From positions 210,298-274,297 of the forward strand of contig NIVC01000757.1 of assembly GCA_002269645.1 (NCBI GenBank): a DNA stretch of 64,000 nucleotides. Direction: 5' to 3'. The notes beneath the pieces were generated by a model. That model was not told where the DNA came from. It saw only the letters and a program-made list of their open reading frames with translations, and did no database searches. Source of the DNA: Macrostomum lignano. Taxonomy: Eukaryota. Position numbers and translations under genes: made by a program. This document shows positions 30,918 to 43,505 of this stretch, piece after piece (positions within the stretch are counted from its first letter, which is position 1; every line of letters starts with the position of its first letter).

Positions 30918-31359
30918 GCTTTCTTTGCCTGCAGCAGAAATCCAACTCAGTTCAGTTCGTGTCCTGGTTTTGAAGCCAACAAAATGCCCACAAAATTGTC
31001 AATCAAAAATCTAATAATTAGTATAGAAACGGAGGCTGAGTTTTAGTCCGGTTGTTTCTATATCTTTTTTCAACCAATCTACGTGTATGAATAAATCATA
31101 GGAATTGCAAAAATATATAAATAATTTTTTACCTGCTTTACCCGTCTTTAATGTTGTGTACTTAGATCGACAAGTATCCTAAGTACTGTACTCTTATCTG
31201 GCCCTGAATGTCTAATTTGGTAATTTAAAATCCGTTGCATTGACTATTCTGTTGTTATAATGCTGTGTCGTTTTCACCGGCTTTTTTTAAAAATCGCTTT
31301 ATTGTTGCTGTTGTCTAGTTGTACCTTTCTTACTGTCTCGCTATCTCTCCGTTAGTTAC

Positions 31360-31758
31360 CACAGATACTAAATAACTAGATGGGCCACTCAGGCATATAT
31401 GCGTAGTAAAACAGCTTTCTACTTTCAGTTCAGTAGCAAAGAAAAATACAAAAGCTATTTTATAAAAATAAAGGCGGCTCAAATTGCTCTGATAAGTTTA
31501 GAAGCCCAGCTTGCAGGCGTAAACAACTTGCTAATTGGTTCAGCAATAATGTACATTGGCCAGTCCACTGAAATGTACATGGCAGTTCCGAGAAAGGCAA
31601 TTAAAATTGGAGCGGGGCTTGCGGGCTTACGCTGTAGGTAAGAGCCAATAAATAAGCATTGGCTTTAAAATACAATAAAAGGCTTCTGTTTAACTTACTA
31701 CTGAACTGAAAGTAGCTTACACGCAAATGTGCTGAGTCTAGTTATTCTAGTATCTGTG
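31360..31758. mobile_element. P-superfamily MITE related to the element at 33210
   Basis: Ends CACAGATACTAAATAACTAG / CTAGTTATTCTAGTATCTGTG; the left end continues ATGGGCCACT like the P TIR; flanks TTAGTTAC / TTTGTGAC (6/8). Confidence 0.7.
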
Positions 31759-32136
31759 TTTGTGACTGATTCTTAGAAATACTACTATTAGTACTCATGC
31801 TTCTACAGGTCTTACTCGCGCATTTGTCAGCTAGTCCCGAAATCCCAGAGTTTTCAGTAGTAGCAAAGTCCCGGTAAATTTTTCTAGAAATACTACTACT
31901 GATTGACGGTAACGCTAAGTAGTATGCAATTTTAAACTAATGTTCCACGGTCCATTTCTTATACCCTGAATACCTACCCTTATATGTCCGATGAATTCTA
32001 AATGTTTTGTCGTGTAAATAGTATTAAAAAGCTGTCTACTGTATCTTTTTGTGTTGTTTAATTAATAAAAAGCATAAAAATATTTTAATATACGTATGAT
32101 GCTCCTATTGTTATTATTTAGTAGTAGTAGTTTAAT

Positions 32137-32316
32137 CAGGGACTACTCAAACACCGGGACGGGAGGCTGGAATTTTTTTACGAGGCTGGTCTATCATCAG
32201 CAGTAGAAAATAACCATAGACAACAAAGTAACACAGCATCTCTCTAATGAAAATAATTGCCAGCCAGCCTCGTAAAAAAATTTTAGTTTCCCGTCCCGGT
32301 GTTTGAGTAGTCCCTG
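32137..32316. mobile_element. 180-bp hAT-type MITE
   Basis: Perfect 28-bp TIR CAGGGACTACTCAAACACCGGGACGGGA; perfect 8-bp TSD AGTTTAAT at 32129-32136 and 32317-32324. Confidence 0.92.
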
Positions 32317-33209
32317 AGTTTAATGTTTATTAATACAGTTTTGTGTCTAAGAATCTTTAAATTTTCAGTTTTGTAACTTTTGCGCTTTGGTCTTGAATTT
32401 AATTATAAGGTTCATTTTGTACTGCTAATAGTACTATATCTGTATGCTGAAAATGGTGTTTCTGATGCTCAGCATTCGGGCTAGGTTTATCGTCAGTCTA
32501 ACTAAATAAAAAAGAAAGATTTTAAATTATCATAAATTGCTGCATGCGCGCGTGTTTATTCTATCTGTCCCTCTATTTAATGTCTCTTAAGCTCACTGTA
32601 GTTTTGTTAAGGGGCTGGGGGGCATAGCAACACAGTTTTGGTCATTTGTTTATTGCTCTCTGCTTATCTATTTATTTATTTGTATATTCGCTTGTGTTTG
32701 TGTGCTTGTGTATTTCTAATATTAATAATTGCTGTTTCAAAACAACTGTCGTCTGCAGCTAAACTGGCTACTACAAGTAGTAGTAGCCCAACTGTTTATA
32801 TAAATTATTTCAGCACAGTTAAAGCTAGTTTGTCCTGTGCAGCATTGTTCTTTTTTATTGTTTAATTTGCCATTTAATATGCAAACTAACGATTTCATCA
32901 TATGCTGTGTCATCGATAGGTGTGTCCGATATTTCTTAATTTAATTACAACAATATGTTGAAAAGACAATAATATATAATAAATAATTTGGTTGCATCAG
33001 CTGCATGCAACATCTTCGGTCTTGCAGTTGTACTGTTTATTGTAAAAATTGCCATTGCGTTTGTCTTCATGAATTTATTTATGCCCTCTGTTATGAGTTT
33101 TATGAGCGATCAATACTTGCTCATCCTGTTGGAATGTCGGTTTTTTAACAAGAACTGAAAAAGCGTAATTTACCAGAGGGCAGAAACGAGCACACCAGCA
33201 CTCTTAGAC

Positions 33210-35168
33210 CATAGATAATAAAAACACTAGATGGGTCACTCACTCGCCTATTTCATGAATAAGCTACTTTCAATTGGGCGTCTGTATAGAGTTTTTTGGA
33301 TATATTTGTGCACCAAGTAAAATTTTAATATTATATTTAGATTATGATGTAGACAAAAAACTTGTGACATTTCAGACCCTCATTTTTCAATCATTGAAGT
33401 TTATTTACACCGACGGAAAATGAAAAAAAAATTAACAAAAATGTGGGCTTGGTTTAAACTTGTCATAATAGAGGCATGCATGCGCATTGCACTTACATGT
33501 ATATATATTTTGATGCACAGGGTCGGAGCAACTTATCATGTATACACAGATTGAAAGAAGATTTCAAAAAAGTAAATATTATACTCGTACATATAAAGCA
33601 TTTGGGCAAGACAAAAGCATTATGAAAACAAAATTTTACTTTATAGTTTAAGCTAGCTACTTACCCGGTAGTTGAAGCAAATGTTCATGAACAAATTGAA
33701 GTTAACGAATGTGACAAAGAACGAAATACAATTAAATGTTTAATACAAACACGAAGGTTAATTAAGTTTACTCATCTTTCTGCTTGCTGAGCGTCGCGCT
33801 GTCCTATCCTCCAGCGGCTTGGCCTCACAGCGGCACCAGTGATGCAGTCTGAGACGAGCGAACTTGACGCACAGTTGCTGCCAGATGATCTCCGTGTGCA
33901 CGGAGCACGAGGGGAAGGTCACATTTGCGTGTCGGAAGCATCTCAAAACTGAATGGCTCACGTGATTCTGCAGCAATGTAGTCTTTGATAATGAGCCAAA
34001 TAAAGATTCCAACAGCATAAAACTTTCCAGAACTGCTTCCGATGGTGCTGTCAATCCAGTGTGAACGGCACTGTACTACTTGTTGGCCAAGTGAACTCCA
34101 GGTGGGATTTGAGCGGTCAGAGTTTCCTTGCAATCCAGGCAATCCAGTACACCACTTTTTGCTAACACGTAGCCAGCAACATATTCCATGGCTTCGATTG
34201 ATGCGTCAGGAGAAGCAAACGGCTGCAAACTGCACTGGAGCCCCTCGCTTAACCTTGGTGCCAATTTAAGCTTGTTGCGACTATCGGCTTGATAGAAGTC
34301 CGTAACATGCTTCCATTTTGCTGTTTTGCAATCGTCGAACACAATTTCGTTCTTGAACAAAGCGTTTCGCGCATTTTCAGGCAGTGAGGGATACCAATGA
34401 TGACAAAAACAGGCTCGTTTGTCACTGGGTGGTGCAGAAACGGCTTGGAAGAGCTGACCAACTTAGATAAGTAGCTCCACTGGCTTGTCTCTTGGTCTGC
34501 AACCAAATTGCTACACCGTGGCAACACCAGCTCTCTGTCAGGAACAGCATCCCACCGTAGCCTTGTACTTCGGTCATGGCGTAGTCTTGGGCAATTGTAT
34601 GCCTCGTCTGTAAAATGCAAGCTGCATACTTTCCACTTCATTTTCCACAGCTTCTCGAGTGAAATGGCTCGTAACTCCAGCATTGATTGCCACTTCAATG
34701 CTATGGACTGATTCTTCGGAAACTGGTGCATGCGAATCGGGATGCCATCTTCGTTTACAGAGGTACTAGTGCTGGTACAAGTCGCCGCACAGCAATCTTC
34801 GCTTGTGTATTTCAACTCTTCGATATTTGCCAGCACTCGGTCTTCATGCGTTCTTCCTCCGGCAGCCATTTAGACAATTGTTTTACTTGCTTAAATGAAA
34901 ACGAATTTGCGCTCTAGCAAAGGAGAAAAGTCAAAATATATATACTCCTTGCTTTCGCTCTGATATCTAATAGGAAAGCCATGCTGAACCCCTACTAGTA
35001 AGCTTGATTTCGATGCTTGAAACTTTTGTCTATGGCTTAAACCATAGCACTGACGTGGGAGAACAAAAATTGATAGTCTTGCGCGTTCATATGCCCAGAA
35101 GAGAGTAGGCTATTCAGACATCGAGCGAATTTGCATTAAGTGACCCATCTAGTGTTTTAGTATCTGTG
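33210..35168 (-). mobile_element. Internally deleted P-element (THAP transposase)
   Basis: ~30-bp TIR CA(T/C)AGATA..AAAACACTAGATGGGTCACT; perfect 8-bp TSD TCTTAGAC at 33202-33209 and 35169-35176; transposase fragments PHCLK(N)ARNAL, KLAPRL, EYVAGYV. Confidence 0.92.
34249..34869 (-). CDS. THAP-domain ORF of the deleted P-element (206 aa)
   Basis: Complete THAP pattern CCAATC...HQFP...W...VCSLHF...LRWDAVP, fused by deletion to a downstream transposase segment. Confidence 0.75.
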   Translation of the reverse strand: MAAGGRTHEDRVLANIEELKYTSEDCCAATCTSTSTSVNEDGIPIRMHQFPKNQSIALKWQSMLELRAISLEKLWKMKWKVCSLHFTDEAYNCPRLRHDRSTRLRWDAVPDRELVLPRCSNLVADQETSQWSYLSKLVSSSKPFLHHPVTNEPVFVIIGIPHCLKMRETLCSRTKLCSTIAKQQNGSMLRTSIKPIVATSLNWHQG

Positions 35169-35393
35169 TCTTAGACAAAGAAAGAAAGAACGAAATAAAA
35201 AAATTGTCTTTGGCCAAAACTCCTTATTTTGCGAATTGAAAAAAGTAACTGATACTAAGCATTATTTAGCGGTTCTACTGTAAGCTTTACTTTCAAAATC
35301 TACAAGTTGTAGAAACATTAACTAGATACTTATATGCATACGAGGTTTTTTACTTATGGAAGTCGGCCATAGATAATCGCAGCGGGTGGGATG

Positions 35394-35686
35394 CATGGAT
35401 GAATAATATAACTGGATCGCCATTAGCTCGATTTTTTGGTCCTAGCCATAGACAAGCACCACTGCACCAGCATCACAAGAAGCTCAGAATGCCGTACTTT
35501 CACACATAGACTTTCACACATAGCCGCTGCAGAAGCTGCAAACCTTTATTTATAAGTATACTTAGTAGGATAAGTGAAAATGTGTGAAAGTACGGCATTC
35601 TGAGCTTCTTGTGATGCTGGTGCTTGTCTATGGCTAGGACCAAAAAAATCGAGCTTCTGGCGATCCGGTTATTTAATTCATCCATG
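35394..35686. mobile_element. Palindromic MITE-like element
   Basis: ~105-bp imperfect inverted arms (35394-35503 vs 35581-35686), each containing CCATAGAC; no TSD seen. Confidence 0.7.
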
Positions 35687-37044
35687 GTGGGATGCCGTTC
35701 GTTTCACACACTGTTTCAACACGCCTAGGCTAACTATAACGTTATACATCTTTGCTGCCGAGAAAATAGCAAACAACTACATTTCTAGGCCGGCCTGCTG
35801 CAGGCAGCCACTACTCTTAACACTCAGATGATCAGTGAAAGGGCTCTGAAATCTATATAATTTATAGCAGTATCGTTATGTACAGCAAGGGGTAGGTTGA
35901 AGGCTCAACTGAGGGGGTTGGCTGACATAAAGTAAGGAGGGTGGAGTACGCGACAGGCGAGAGAATGAGAGCCTAGAGAAGAAGGAGAGACCGACCAATC
36001 AGAAGAAGGAAAGGGTAAGAGATCAATAGCTAGACTAGAGAGAGAGGTTTGAACTATATTGGTCGAGACAAGGTGAACGGAGAGAGCCAAACAGCAGATA
36101 AGAAAAGTGTAAATAAACTAGCGCCTAGGTAGGAAAGTAGCGACACCCCCAAAATAGAACATTTTTTCGAATTAGGGATTACGCAAGACTACTTTAAGAG
36201 CGAAGATACAATCCCCCCAATTAAAAACGGAGCATTTTTAAACAGCGAAGGTCGAGAACAGGAAATGGAAAATGGAAATGGACTGCTAAAAAAGGTTTAC
36301 AATTCAGGCCACGACAACAAATTAGATTAATTAGTTTCGGAGAGAGATAAGACGCTCGTACTATAGTTAATGAATGAAGATGAAGCGAATTCAGAAATTG
36401 ATCGGATGGAGGAATGAGCTGAAGTCGCCACAAGCACAAGAAAAGGCGCCCAGAACAGCAGCCGCGTGTGCTAGAAATATCCGGGGGAGATCGGAAAGCA
36501 CTTGCACTATCTGGGTGGATGCGGATAACACAAGATACGGATATCCGAAAGGTATATCACCGGAATGTTGCACCGAAAAGGATCATCTGCACTCTAGAAG
36601 ATTTTACCAATTTCAGACAGGGAATATCATTAGTTCTTTAAAAAAAGAAAATCAAAAATAATTTTCACGACAGTTTCAATCATGAAACGTTTTTTTCTTT
36701 CAAACTTTTTCAAGGGTGCAATTATCGTGGCTAGAGAGATGACTTTGTCTTCATCACTGGCACGAACGCGTTCGTTCGTGTCGGGGCCAAAGCAAGATTT
36801 CCGATGGTGCAATAGAGTTTAAGCTTTTCTACCAGGGATTCTGCATGGGACTCATAGCAGCAATTTGACAGGTTAATCTGACTTGCTCAATCTCTCTTGA
36901 ACCAATTTGTTGTTGCAAAGCTATCCAAACTAGAAATGAAGCCAAGCCTGAACCCCTACTACATTTTGAAAACTTATTCAAGCTTTGTACAAACTGAGTA
37001 TAAGAATGCTGAGACCTAATTAACCTGAGGTATCGAACTGTGGG

Positions 37045-38045
37045 TATCAGTATGCTGTATCAGTATGCTGTATCAGGATGCTGTATCAGGATGCTGTATC
37101 AGGATGCTGTATCAGGATGCTGTATCAGGATGCTGTATCAGGATGCTGTATCAGGATGCTGTATCAGGATGCTGTATCAGGATGCTGTATCAGGATGCTG
37201 TATCAGGATGCTGTATCAGGATGCTGTATCAGGATGCTGTATCAGGATGCTGTATCAGGATGCTGTATCAGGATGCTGTATCAGGATGCTGTATCAGGAT
37301 GCTGTATCAGGATGCTGTATCAGGATGCTGTATCAGGATGCTGTATCAGGATGCTGTATCAGGATGCTGTATCAGGATGCTGTATCAGGATGCTGTATCA
37401 GGATGCTGTATCAGGATGCTGTATCAGGATGCTGTATCAGGATGCTGTATCAGGATGCTGTATCAGGATGCTGTATCAGGATGCTGTATCAGGATGCTGT
37501 ATCAGGATGCTGTATCAGGATGCTGTATCAGGATGCTGTATCAGGATGCTGTATCAGGATGCTGTATCAGGATGCTGTATCAGGATGCTGTATCAGGATG
37601 CTGTATCAGGATACTGTATCAGGATGCTGTATCAGGATGCTGTATCAGGATGCTGTATCAGGATGCTGTATCAGGATGCTGTATCAGGATGCTGTATCAG
37701 GATGCTGTATCAGGATGCTGTATCAGGATGCTGTATCAGGATGCTGTATCAGGATACTGTATCAGGATGCTGTATCAGGATACTGTATCAGGATGCTGTA
37801 TCAGGATGCTGTATCAGGATGCTGTATCAGGATGCTGTATCAGGATGCTGTATCAGGATGCTGTATCAGGATGCTGTATCAGGATGCTGTATCAGGATGC
37901 TGTATCAGGATGCTGTATCAGGATGCTGTATCAGGATGCTGTATCAGGATGCTGTATCAGGATGCTGTATCAGGATGCTGTATCAGGATGCTATATCAGG
38001 ATGCTGTATCAGGATGCTATATCAGGATGCTGTATCAGGATGCTG
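37045..38045. repeat. 13-bp minisatellite, ~76 copies
   Basis: Unit gtatcaggatgct, very homogeneous. Confidence 0.98.
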
Positions 38046-38423
38046 AGACCTCGCCTGTGACTTGAAAACCTTCAATCGCTAACTGTTCTTAGAATGCTCA
38101 TTATATTAATTGTCAATCTCGATTTAGAGAAATCTTTTCTTATTCGAAGAATTTTTTAGTCGTTTAATCATGCGGAGATTGCTAAATGCTCGAGGATGCC
38201 AGCATATAGGCAGCCAATCAGGATGAAGAAAAAAATTTATCATTTTTTAGTTGGTTAATTTTGCAAATACGCCCTATATAAACAGCTGTAGCTTGTATAT
38301 TTCACGCTTTCACGCAGGTGAATCGTGTTAATTAAGTTGCAGATTTGCCAAGATTATCTTTCTAATAAAGCGAAAGAGTCAGCTCATTTAGAGACAGCTA
38401 TAAATTAAAGTGATTTATTCTAA

Positions 38424-40103
38424 AACTGAATCTCTGACAGGTGAGACTTCCCTATCTAATCTAATGGAACCCCCTATTCTGTCAAGTGAGAGTTCCCTAT
38501 CTAATCTAATGGAACCCCCTATTCTATCAGGTGAGAGTTCCCTATCTAATCTAATGGAACCCCCTATTCTGTCAAGTGAGAGTTCCCTATCTAATCTAAT
38601 GGAACCCCCTATTCTATCAGGTGAGAGTTCTCTATCTAATCTAACGGAACCCCCTATTCTATCAGGTGAGAGTTCTCTATCTAATCTAACGGAACCCCTA
38701 TTCTATCAGGTGAGAGTTCCCTATCTAATCTAAAGAAATCCCCTATTCTATCAGGTGAGAGCTCCCTATCTAATCTAAAGAAATCCCCTATTCTGTCAGG
38801 TGAGAGTTCCCTATCTAATCTAAAGAAATCCCCTATTCTGTCAGGTGAGAGCTCCCTATCTAATCTAACGAAATCCCCAATTTTGACAGGTGAGAGTTCC
38901 CTATCTAATCTAAAGAAATCCCCTATTCTGTCAGGTGAGAGCTCCCTATCTAATCTAACGAAATCCCCAATTTTGACAGGTGAGAGTTCCCTATCTAATC
39001 TAAAGAAATCCCCTATTCTGGCAGGTGAGAGTTCCCTATCTAATCTAACGGAACCCCCTATTCTATCAGGTGAGAGTTCCCTATCTAATCTAACGGAACC
39101 CCCTATTCTATCAGGTGAGAGTTCCCTATCTAATCTAATGGAACCCCCTATTCTATCAGGTGAGAGTTCTCTATCTAATCTAAAGAAATCCCCTATTCTG
39201 TCAGGTGAGAGTTCCCTATCTAATCTAATGGAACCCCCTATTCTATCAGGTGAGAGTTCTCTATCTAATCTAAAGAAATCCCCTATTCTGTCAGGTGAGA
39301 GTTCCCTATCTAATCTAACGGAACCCCCTATTCTATCAGGTGAGAGTTCCCTATCTAATCTAACGGAACCCCCTATTCTATCAGGTGAGAGTTCCCTATC
39401 TAATCTAATGGAACCCCCTATTCTATCAGGTGAGAGTTCTCTATCTAATCTAAAGAAATCCCCTATTCTGTCAGGTGAGAGTTCCCTATCTAATCTAACG
39501 GAACCCCCTATTCTATCAGGTGAGAGTTCCCTATCTAATCTAACGGAACCCCCTATTCTATCAGGTGAGAGTTCTCTATCTAATCTAAAGAAATCCCCTA
39601 TTCTGTCAGGTGAGAGTTCCCTATCTAATCTAACGGAACCCCCTATTCTATCAGGTGAGAGTTCCCTATCTAATCTAACGGAACCCCTATTCTGTCAGGT
39701 GAGAGTTCCCTATTCAATCTAAAGAAATCCCATATTCTGTCAGGTGAGAGTTCCCTATCTAATCTAAAGAAATCCCCTATTCTGTCAAGTGAGAGTTCCC
39801 TATCTAATCTAAAGGAACCCCCTATTCTGTCAGGTGAGAGTTCCCTATCTAATCTAAAGAAATCCCCTATTCTGTCAGGTGAGAGTTCCCTATCTAATCT
39901 AACGAAATCCCCTATTCTGACAGGTGAGAGTTCCCTATCTAATCTAAAGAAATCCCCTATTCTGTCAGGTGAGAGTTCCCTATCTAATCTAACGAAATCC
40001 CCTATTCTGACAGGTGAGAGTTCCCTATCTAATCTAAAGAAATCCCCTATTCTGGCAGGTGAGAGTTCCCTATCTAATCTAAAGAAATCCCCTATTCTGA
40101 CAG
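38424..40103 (+). repeat. 45-bp minisatellite, ~37 copies, forming the putative 5'-UTR intron (38441-40103) of the GPCR
   Basis: Unit gtgagagttccctatctaatctaacggaaccccctattctgtcag, which begins GTGAG and ends YYCAG. Confidence 0.95.
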
Positions 40104-40126
40104 GCGAAACTCTAGCATATAGTGGA

Positions 40127-42598
40127 ATGGAACTGCTTGACAACGGCACCACAGCATTCGTTGACAACGCCTCTACCACAACTGCAATCGATGAACTCCC
40201 CGATTCGGACGGAGTATACATCGCTCCCAACGATCCCCTGACTCGAGGCGTGGACATATTCTTCCTGACTGCCGGCAGTCTGATTGGGATGATTGGCAAT
40301 CTGTTAATATTCGTAGCCGTGGCTCGAGTCCGCAGCCTGCAGTCGGCTACGAACTGGATTGTGGTGAACATTGCAGCGGCGGATTTCATTGTGTGCAGCT
40401 ACGCCATGCCAACAGTGCTGGCCAACAGGATTGCCTACCGGAACCTGTCCAGCCCCATCCTGTGCATCTGCAACGCCTACCTCATGTTCCTGTGCGCCGG
40501 GGTGTCCAACTTCAGTTTCATGCTCATCGCTTTGAATAGGTGCGTCAGCTGGCATGGCTAGGGGGATTGTGGGCTAGTGGTTAGAGCATCAGACTCGCGA
40601 CTGAAAGGTCGGGAGTTCGATTCTCGACCTACTCGGAATAATAAGTTGTGTCCTGGGGCAAGACACTTTAACTCTGCATTGCTTCAGTTCACTCAGCTGT
40701 AAAGTGGGTGTCAGCATTAGCTGGGGTAATTGAGGGTATGGCCGTACACAGCCTTCAGATGCGCCGCGCAATAGCCGCGGCTGAGCTGTCGGTTGCACAT
40801 CTGGCTTAAGTGAAGTCTAACTGCAGCAGCTGCTCATTTAAACAAACAATTTGCAGGTACATCTACATCCTGCACCAGAATCTCTATCGTCGAATATTCA
40901 CTAAGCGGAAGCTCGTCATCATCTGCTCGTCGTTTTGGTTGATGTGGTTTGGCTATTCAGGCATTGTGGCAGCCCTGCGCGGCTTTGCCTACATATCCGA
41001 CTCCTACATGTGCTTCTACTACGACGATCAAACGGACTTTGCGGTGTCCTTTATGCTCACCCTGCTGGGTGTTGGCATCCCTTCCCTGCTAGCAGCTGCC
41101 TGCTACTCGGCTCTGTTCTGCCGCTTGTTTGGCCTCACGGCTAGGCAGGTTAATCAGGATTTGAACTCTACTCGAGGCTACGCCAGAGAGAGGGCAGCTC
41201 TGATTCCAGTTGTGGTCGCGTTCTGCGTATTCAACGTCTGCTGGGGACCCTACAGTGTGCACGTGTACTTCGACAAGTGCGTTCGTAGTGCACATTGATT
41301 GGCATTGATAATGTACACTCAGTAGATCAGTGGGGTGGGGGGTTGTCGTTTCTCCTAGTATGGGCTCTGTGTTGATTGTGTTCCAATGTACACTCAGTAG
41401 ATCAGTGGGGTGGGGGGTTGTCGTTTCTCTCAGTATGGGCTGTGTGTTGATTGTGTTCCAATGTACACTCAGTAGATCAGTGGGGGTGGGGGTTGTCGTT
41501 TCTCCTAGTATGGGCTGTGTGTTGATTGTGTTCCAATGTACACTCAGTAGATCAGTGGGGGTGGGGGTTGTCGTTTCTCCTAGTATGGGCTGTGTGTTGA
41601 TTGTGTTCCAATGTACACTCAGTAGATCAGTGGGGGTGGGGGTTGTCGTTTCTCCTAGTATGGGCTGTGTGTTGATTGTGTTCCAATGTACACTCAGTAG
41701 ATCAGTGGGGGTGGGGGTTGTCGTTTCTCCTAGTATGGGCTGTGTGTTGATTGTGTTCCAATGTACACTCAGTAGATCAGTGGGGGTGGGGGTTGTCGTT
41801 TCTCCCAGTATGGGCTGTGTGTTGATTGTGTTCCAATGTACACTCAGTAGACCCATGTAAAAGGTTTTTAGCTTCAGATGAGGAATACCCTTACAAACGT
41901 AATTAGAATTGGATAAAAGACACATTTTTGTAAGGTTTCGATGAGTAGCTATTGTATTATGGTTAATCAAACTAGGATACAAGATTAAAACAAAACTTTT
42001 CATTTAGCCAGACAGTCAGTCGCATTCGTAGTTCAAAAATAGAAAAAAAGTATAATTAGCTAGTTTGTCATGCCTCGTTGCCATTGTTATCAGCAATGTT
42101 GTATGGTATTGCCAATTCGAGATCGAGCGGACTTGTCGATAATGATTTCGCGTCGGGCGTGGCTTTCGTTGACTTTGTTCTTCTCTCAGCCAGCGCAAAC
42201 TCGCATCTTTACCTTTACGGGATAGGAGAAGAGGTTAGAGAAGAGAGAAGAGAGCTGAGAAGAGACATAAACCTTGAACGGACCGGAGTTTTCCGAACCC
42301 TGCGCTAAACGATATTTCTAAATCTGTCCCGCTGCACAGGTTCGCATTCCCGATACCTCGTCGCGTGCACAATGTCATCCTATGGCTGGCAATGTTCAAT
42401 TCCTGCGTGAACTGCATCATCTACGGCATATTGAATAAGAATTTCAGGCGCGGCTATGCCATTGCTCTGGGCCTTCAGCGCTTCCTGCTGGCCAATGTCA
42501 CCACGGCGTCACCAACTGTTGAGATGCGACGAGGCCAAGGCACGAGTATCGTTGCAAATGCTTCTCCTGCTGGCAGGGCTGCACAGAGCAGCATGTAG
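40127..42598 (+). CDS. Class A GPCR, melatonin-receptor-like (exons 40127-40539, 40857-41276, 42340-42598)
   Basis: TM1 GNLL, TM2 NIAAAD, spliced IALNRYIYILH (NRY as in MT1/MT2), TM6 CWGPY, TM7 NSCVNCIIYGILNKNFRRGY; intron phases are consistent. Confidence 0.85.
40561..40800 (+). mobile_element. tRNA-derived SINE in GPCR intron 1
   Basis: A-box-like TGGGCTAGTGG and B-box-like GGAGTTCGATTC, followed by gtgtcctggggcaagacactttaac, which resembles conserved central SINE domains (CORE-like). Confidence 0.8.
41305..41852. repeat. 75-bp minisatellite, ~7 copies, GPCR intron 2
   Basis: Unit tgtacactcagtagatcagtgggggtgggggttgtcgtttctcctagtatgggctgtgtgttgattgtgttccaa. Confidence 0.95.
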
Positions 42599-42646
42599 AC
42601 ATTCTGCCGCAGGGCCTCTGTTTCTGACACCGGCGGCTCTGTTTAC

Positions 42647-43505
42647 TATGATTACCTATGATTACCTATGATTACCTATGATTACCCATGATTACCTATG
42701 ATTACCTATGATTACCTATGATTACCTATGATTACCTATGATTACCTATGATTATCTATGATTACCTATGATTACCTATGATTATCTATGATTACCTATG
42801 ATTACCTATGATTACCCATGATTACCTATGATTACCTATGATTATCTATGATTACCCATGATTACCCATGATTATCTATGATTACCTATGATTACCTATG
42901 ATTACCTATGATTACCTATGATTACCTATGATTACCTATGATTATCTATGATTACCCATGATTACCCATGATTATCTATGATTACCTATGATTACCTATG
43001 ATTACCTATGATTACCTATGATTACCTATGATCTATGATTACCTATGATTACCTATGATTACCTATGATTATCTATGATTACCTATGATTACCTATGATT
43101 ATCTATGATTACCTATGATTACCTATGATTACCTATGATTATCTATGATTACCTATGATTACCTATGATTACCTATGATTACCTATGATTATCTATGATT
43201 ACCTATGATTACCTATGATTACCTATGATTACCTATGATTACCTATGATTATCTATGATTACCTATGATTACCTATGATTATCTATGATTACCCATGATT
43301 ACCCATGATTATCTATGATTACCTATGATTACCTATGATTACCTATGATTACCTATGATTACCTATGATTATCTATGATTACCTATGATTACCTATGATT
43401 ATCTATGATTACCTATGATTACCTATGATTATCTATGATTACCTATGATTACCTATGATTACCTATGATTACCTATGATTACCTATGATTACCTATGATC
43501 TATGA
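42647..43505. repeat. 10-bp satellite just after the GPCR stop
   Basis: (ATTACCTATG)n, decaying into related sequence to ~43900. Confidence 0.97.

Noticed and set aside
35880-36830. Purine-rich, coding-like stretch with short ORFs
   Set aside because: No identifiable domain or splice-consistent model.
37040-38065. 322-341 aa ORFs, and similar ORFs at 38410-40389, 41089-42003, 47620-49176, 50148-50941 and 61592-62574
   Set aside because: Products of tandem repeats; no domain content beyond the flanking true exons.
40561-40635. tRNA gene
   Set aside because: No convincing cloverleaf or acceptor stem; it runs into a SINE body, so it is called a SINE.
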